Below, piece by piece: positions 59,037-62,907 of a stretch of DNA of 62,907 nucleotides. This DNA is from a virus (taxonomy: Duplodnaviria; Caudoviricetes), in IMG/VR virus record IMGVR_UViG_3300017967_000020, positions 1 to 62,907 of that record; one strand, given 5' to 3'. The first letter of the stretch is position 1. Every line of letters begins with the position of its first letter. The notes below the pieces were generated by a model. That model saw only the letters and a list, made by a program, of their open reading frames with translations. It ran no database searches and had not been told where the DNA came from. A program made the translations under genes and the position numbers.

Positions 59037-59920
59037 GTAATTTAAATTTCCACTTAGCAGGCATAATACCTCTATCGTCTATTCCATTGAACTACAATAT
59101 ACCTTACCACCCTTGCTTGCTTCCATTGGATGATAACTATCTGATGATTCATAGGGCTATTATGGAATGTGCTTGGGCAGGGTGTGAAACAATATGGATT
59201 GTTGCAGATCCAGACATTCAGCCAATGTTCAAGAAGGTGATAGGAGATTATGTTTATGATCCTGTAAACTATCACCGCCCAATGGATCCAGATAGATTTG
59301 CTAAAAGAAGCATGATTCCAATCTACTTTACTTCGATTGACATTAAAAATAGAAACAAGCGAGATTCATATGGATGGAGCATCATAGAAGGCGCATATAT
59401 GGCTTATAGGGTATCTAATCAACTTTCCAAGTGGGTAGTGCCAAGTATGTATTATGTGGCTTTTCCTTGGAGTTTATATCCTCCTGAGATAGTAAGAGAA
59501 TTCAGAAAGCCAATATCTACACATAAAAGATTCAGAATCACTTCTCAAGGCGAGGGGATCAAACAGGGCAAGATGATGGGCTTTACTTTTAATGAAGAAG
59601 ATTTCATCAACTGTCGTGCTTGGGTTAGGAAAGAAGGGACAGGTAGATATGTTCCCGGAGGCAAGAAGAATGAACAAGGTTTACCTAGAGAGTTATTGCC
59701 TGCAGAAGAAAGATGGAGTGGTAGACATTTTCAACTTGAAGATGTTTTCTGTAAGCTAGGAGAAGAAGCGACAAGTCTTGATCTTCCTTATTACTTTGAT
59801 GCCACTTCTTTCAAAGGTTATCGTGATTGGGCGGCATCTCAAATTGAGATATCTAAGCCTCCTGTAGAGAAGTGGATAGAGCCTTCAAGATATAAAAAAT
59901 CTTTATTGGAATTTGAGTGA
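59033..59920 (+). CDS. Sugar-nucleotidyltransferase-like protein (degenerate)
   Basis: LAGIIPL..PCLLPL..MIHRAIMECAWAGCETIWIV resembles the NTP_transferase N-terminus. Confidence 0.5.
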   Translation: MSNLNFHLAGIIPLSSIPLNYNIPYHPCLLPLDDNYLMIHRAIMECAWAGCETIWIVADPDIQPMFKKVIGDYVYDPVNYHRPMDPDRFAKRSMIPIYFTSIDIKNRNKRDSYGWSIIEGAYMAYRVSNQLSKWVVPSMYYVAFPWSLYPPEIVREFRKPISTHKRFRITSQGEGIKQGKMMGFTFNEEDFINCRAWVRKEGTGRYVPGGKKNEQGLPRELLPAEERWSGRHFQLEDVFCKLGEEATSLDLPYYFDATSFKGYRDWAASQIEISKPPVEKWIEPSRYKKSLLEFE

Positions 59921-59935
59921 TTAACAAATTAATTC

Positions 59936-59945
59936 ACTATTTATT
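59936..59945 (+). promoter_or_regulatory. Late promoter motif inside the replication block
   Basis: ACTATTTATT, 41 nt before the MKVTK gene at 59977. Confidence 0.65.
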
Positions 59946-59948
59946 CTG

Positions 59949-60491
59949 AAAATCATTCATTTAAGGAGAATTTAAAATGAAAGTAACAAAATCCTATATC
60001 AAACAACTCGTAAAAGAAGAGTTAAACAGAGTCCTAGAAGAAGAGATGGCTCCATATGGAATGGATCCATATAAACTTCCACGTAAAGGTACTGTTGGCG
60101 AATATACTTGGGAAGCCCTCTTGGGCAAAAAACAAGGTGGCGCTCAAGATATAACAATTAGAGTTACCGGTGGTGGAAAAACCGTTGCTTGGGATTTTCA
60201 CAGTCACCCAACATCCCTTGCAACAATGTTGGGAAAACTCAACAATGAACCAGATGAGGCAGAACAATACATTCAGATGGCATTAAAAAATGGCAAAGAT
60301 GTAACCCCGATGAAAGGTGGGAATGAGTGGTATGGTGGCAAGTCATCAAATTCAGGCGTATCTTCAGCACAAGATAAATACTGGAACAGATAACAAATGG
60401 CAATACTAAAAAAAATCATTCATTCAAGGAGAATTTAAAATGAAAGTAACAAAATCTTATATCAAACAACTCGTAAAAGAAGAGCTAAACA
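59949..60491 (+). repeat. 80-bp direct repeat (RBS + MKVTK leader) x2
   Basis: 59949-60028 and 60412-60491 differ at 3 positions. Confidence 0.9.
59977..60393 (+). CDS. MKVTK-leader family protein
   Basis: MKVTKSYIKQLVKEELNRVLEE leader. Confidence 0.7.
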   Translation: MKVTKSYIKQLVKEELNRVLEEEMAPYGMDPYKLPRKGTVGEYTWEALLGKKQGGAQDITIRVTGGGKTVAWDFHSHPTSLATMLGKLNNEPDEAEQYIQMALKNGKDVTPMKGGNEWYGGKSSNSGVSSAQDKYWNR

Positions 60492-60781
60492 ACATGCTGA
60501 GAGAAGCTAATGCTTGCTATGAATGGAGCAAATCGGCAAAATCACCCGCAGGACAAGACTTGACAGTACATCAACGATGCTCCAACTCTGGGGAACCCCG
60601 TTATTTCTTGGAGATTTTTGGAGATAAATCACCGGGCAAATACTCCATTGGAGAAGAATTTGCTAATCAAATTATGCATAATAATTATGATGCTCAGAAC
60701 GCAAAAAAGATCGACAATGCATTTTTGATGAAATCTGATCTGGCAGTTAAAGCTTTTGATGTCTATGTTCACAATCGTTAA
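60440..60781 (+). CDS. MKVTK-leader family protein
   Basis: MKVTKSYIKQLVKEELNNMLREA leader. Confidence 0.7.
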   Translation: MKVTKSYIKQLVKEELNNMLREANACYEWSKSAKSPAGQDLTVHQRCSNSGEPRYFLEIFGDKSPGKYSIGEEFANQIMHNNYDAQNAKKIDNAFLMKSDLAVKAFDVYVHNR

Positions 60782-60804
60782 GACAGACTATCTTAACAAT
60801 TGTT

Positions 60805-60832
60805 TGAATAAAATAACCTCTCTAATCGTATA
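60805..60832 (+). promoter_or_regulatory. Putative early/middle promoter TGAATA-N16-CGTATA for dnaE
   Basis: Bipartite motif copy. Confidence 0.65.
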
Positions 60833-60866
60833 GTGTATACACAACATACGACTAGGGAGGTTTTTT
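60815..60866 (+). terminator. 17-bp hairpin + T run covering the dnaE promoter -10 and RBS
   Basis: AACCTCTCTAATCGTAT (60815-31) pairs with ATACGACTAGGGAGGTT (60846-62), with one G-U and one mismatch, then TTTT-ATG. Confidence 0.65.
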
Positions 60867-62907
60867 ATGGATATTAGTAATATTGATTTCGTCAATTTGC
60901 ACGCACATTCTGGAGTTGGTTCTCCATTTGATGGCTTCGGCTATCCACAAGATCATATGGATTATGCTTACTCCAACGGATCAAAAGCACTTGCCTTGAC
61001 AGATCACGGCAACATGAATGGTTTCGCTTACCAAGTTCTTCATGCAAAGAAGATGAAAGAAGCAGGAAAAGACTTCAAGCCAATCTTTGGAGTTGAAGCT
61101 TATTTTATTGAGGATGTAGTAGAATGGAGAGAGAAGTATGAACAAGCAAAAGCAGACAAGAAAAGAAAGAAAGAACTCAAAGACGATTCATCTGGAATAT
61201 CGATTGAAACGGAAGGAGAATCCAAGTCTAAGGGACGTTCTGATATTAATCGCTCTCGTCATCTCATTCTTGTTGCTATGAACCAGCAGGGACTGAACAA
61301 CATCTTCAAGATGGTTTCAGAGTCCCATAAAGGTGATTATTTCTATCGCAAGCCTCGTATTGACTTCCGACTACTAGAGCAGTATGGAGAAGGTGTTATC
61401 GCTGCCTCTGCTTGTCTTGGTGGTGTCTATGCTGGTGCTTATTGGAGTATGCACGACGAAGGCGAAGAAGCAGTTATGAATGAGATGCGACGCCTTACAG
61501 ATCGCTTTCAATCAATCTTGGGAGACAGATGGTATGGAGAGTTGCAATGGAACCGTGTCCCTCAGCAGCACGAACTTAATCGTTTTGTAATTCAGATGCA
61601 CAAAGAACGAGGGCTCAAACTTATCTCCACTGCAGACTCTCACTATCCAACACCAGAGGCTTGGCAAGACAGAGAGTTATACAAGCGACTTGGGTGGCTA
61701 GGACGATCTAAGCCAGAGTGGTTGGATATGTCTCTTCCATCTGAGATTCAAGAGCTAGAGTGTGAACTCTATCCCAAGAATGCAGAACAAATGTGGGAAT
61801 CTTACAAACGATACTCAGAGGAGTGTGGTGTGGAATATGATGATCAGATCGTATACGACTCTATCAAAGAGACAGAGAACATTGCATTTCGACGCATTGA
61901 GTCTTTCATGCCAGACAACACTGTTCGTCTTCCCAACTTCGTTGTCCCTGCAGGATACTCAGAAGATGAATATCTCAAACGACTTACAACAGAGGGAATG
62001 TTCAATATCCTCAAGGATCAAGGTAGAGCCAACAAGCAGACTGCCAAGAAATACAAAGAGCGTATTGATGAAGAACTGTCCGTCATTTCAGAACGTGGTT
62101 TCTCGAAATACTTCTTGACTATGAAGGCTGTGGCTGACAAGGCATCTGATATGATGCTTACTGGCACTGGACGTGGTTCTGCAGCAGGATCTCTAGTCGC
62201 ATATGCTCTTGGGATTACACAGGTTGATCCTCTCAAGTATGATCTACTATTCTCACGTTTTTTGCGTAAGGATGCTAAGGACTACCCAGATATCGACTAT
62301 GATGTAGCAGAGCCTATGGAACTCAAAGATCATCTTATCGAAGAGTGGGGAACTGATTGTGTTGCTCCTATCTCTAACTGGAATACACTGCAACTCAAGT
62401 CTCTTATCAAAGATATCTCAAAGATGTATGATATCGAGTTCAAAGAGGTAAATATTGTTACAGGTAAGATGATTGCAGAAGCAACACCACTTGCTAAGAA
62501 AGCACACGGTATCAAGGCAGGACTTTATATTCCTACTTGGGAAGAGGTTCTAGAATATTCTGGCACTCTCAAAGCATTCCTCAAAAACTATCCACAGGTA
62601 GAGAAGCACGTCAAGTCTATGGTAGGACAGTATCGCTCTTGTTCTCGACACGCAGGTGGTGTTGTGATTGCAGAGGACTTGGACAAGCATATGCCTTTGA
62701 TCCAGTCAGGTGGCGTTATCCAGACTCCTTGGAGTGAGGGACAGAATGTTCGACAACTTGAGCCTATGGGCTTCATTAAATTCGATCTACTTGGGCTTAC
62801 GACGCTTCGTATGATTCAAGGTTGTATTGAACGAGTTCTTAAAAAGCAAGGCAACCACAATCCATCTTTCCAAGAAGTGAAAGACTTCTACAACAAGCAT
62901 CTCCATC
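60867..62907 (+). CDS. dnaE: DNA polymerase III alpha subunit (family C), 3'-truncated; absent from the ORF track
   Basis: ATG 60867: FVNLHAHS..ALTDHGNM (PHP domain), GRGSAAGSLVAYALGIT, YPDIDYD, RHAGGVVI and IKFDLLGL, all in one frame running off the window. Confidence 0.95.
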   Translation, partial: MDISNIDFVNLHAHSGVGSPFDGFGYPQDHMDYAYSNGSKALALTDHGNMNGFAYQVLHAKKMKEAGKDFKPIFGVEAYFIEDVVEWREKYEQAKADKKRKKELKDDSSGISIETEGESKSKGRSDINRSRHLILVAMNQQGLNNIFKMVSESHKGDYFYRKPRIDFRLLEQYGEGVIAASACLGGVYAGAYWSMHDEGEEAVMNEMRRLTDRFQSILGDRWYGELQWNRVPQQHELNRFVIQMHKERGLKLISTADSHYPTPEAWQDRELYKRLGWLGRSKPEWLDMSLPSEIQELECELYPKNAEQMWESYKRYSEECGVEYDDQIVYDSIKETENIAFRRIESFMPDNTVRLPNFVVPAGYSEDEYLKRLTTEGMFNILKDQGRANKQTAKKYKERIDEELSVISERGFSKYFLTMKAVADKASDMMLTGTGRGSAAGSLVAYALGITQVDPLKYDLLFSRFLRKDAKDYPDIDYDVAEPMELKDHLIEEWGTDCVAPISNWNTLQLKSLIKDISKMYDIEFKEVNIVTGKMIAEATPLAKKAHGIKAGLYIPTWEEVLEYSGTLKAFLKNYPQVEKHVKSMVGQYRSCSRHAGGVVIAEDLDKHMPLIQSGGVIQTPWSEGQNVRQLEPMGFIKFDLLGLTTLRMIQGCIERVLKKQGNHNPSFQEVKDFYNKHLH

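Noticed and set aside
61762-62118. Track ORFs inside the last 2 kb
   Set aside because: Alternative frames of dnaE, which starts at 60867 and was omitted only because it has no stop in the window.
1-62907. Stop-codon reassignment, as in some large phages
   Set aside because: Genes are full-length and tightly packed under code 11. TAG, TGA and TAA all end genes, and TAG often overlaps the next RBS (TAGGAG).
1-62907. tRNA genes, CRISPR arrays, introns or inteins
   Set aside because: Intergenic gaps are short, and no cloverleaf or repeat-spacer pattern was seen. Terminase, helicase, NrdJ and the visible DnaE have ordinary lengths. Checked by eye only.

Overview
A 63-kb segment of a large, AT-rich, T4-superfamily-like myovirus genome, with all credible genes on the + strand and standard genetic code. 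Order: end of a baseplate/tail block, RuvC-like resolvase, primase, a fused SbcD-SbcC (Mre11-Rad50) nuclease, a holin/spanin-like trio, terminase, portal, prohead protease, ribosomal protein bS21, six fibre/appendage genes, scaffold, major capsid, neck, sheath, tube, tape measure and baseplate. A replication block follows: mini PolA, divergent tubulin/FtsZ, gp32-like SSB, RecA, 5' nuclease, DnaB, NrdJ, GroES-like, ThyX and a truncated DnaE that the ORF track misses. The main observation is a dispersed family of about 10 genes. They carry one of two conserved N-terminal peptides (MKVTKSYIKQLVKEEL..(V/L/I)xE or MKHxLIMENWRRFVNE) ending in a T4 gp21-type cleavage site, fused to unrelated cargoes that include GNAT-like and ADP-ribosyltransferase-like proteins. 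This suggests a modular capsid-targeting/injected-effector system. Two promoter classes are also visible: ACTAWTTA before virion genes and an ECF-sigma-like TGAATA-N15/16-CGTATA before replication genes. Other candidates are a +1 tail-chaperone frameshift, a promoter/RBS-occluding hairpin at dnaE and tandem pseudoknots before recA. Product calls rest on motif recognition and gene order only; no searches were run and the host is unknown.
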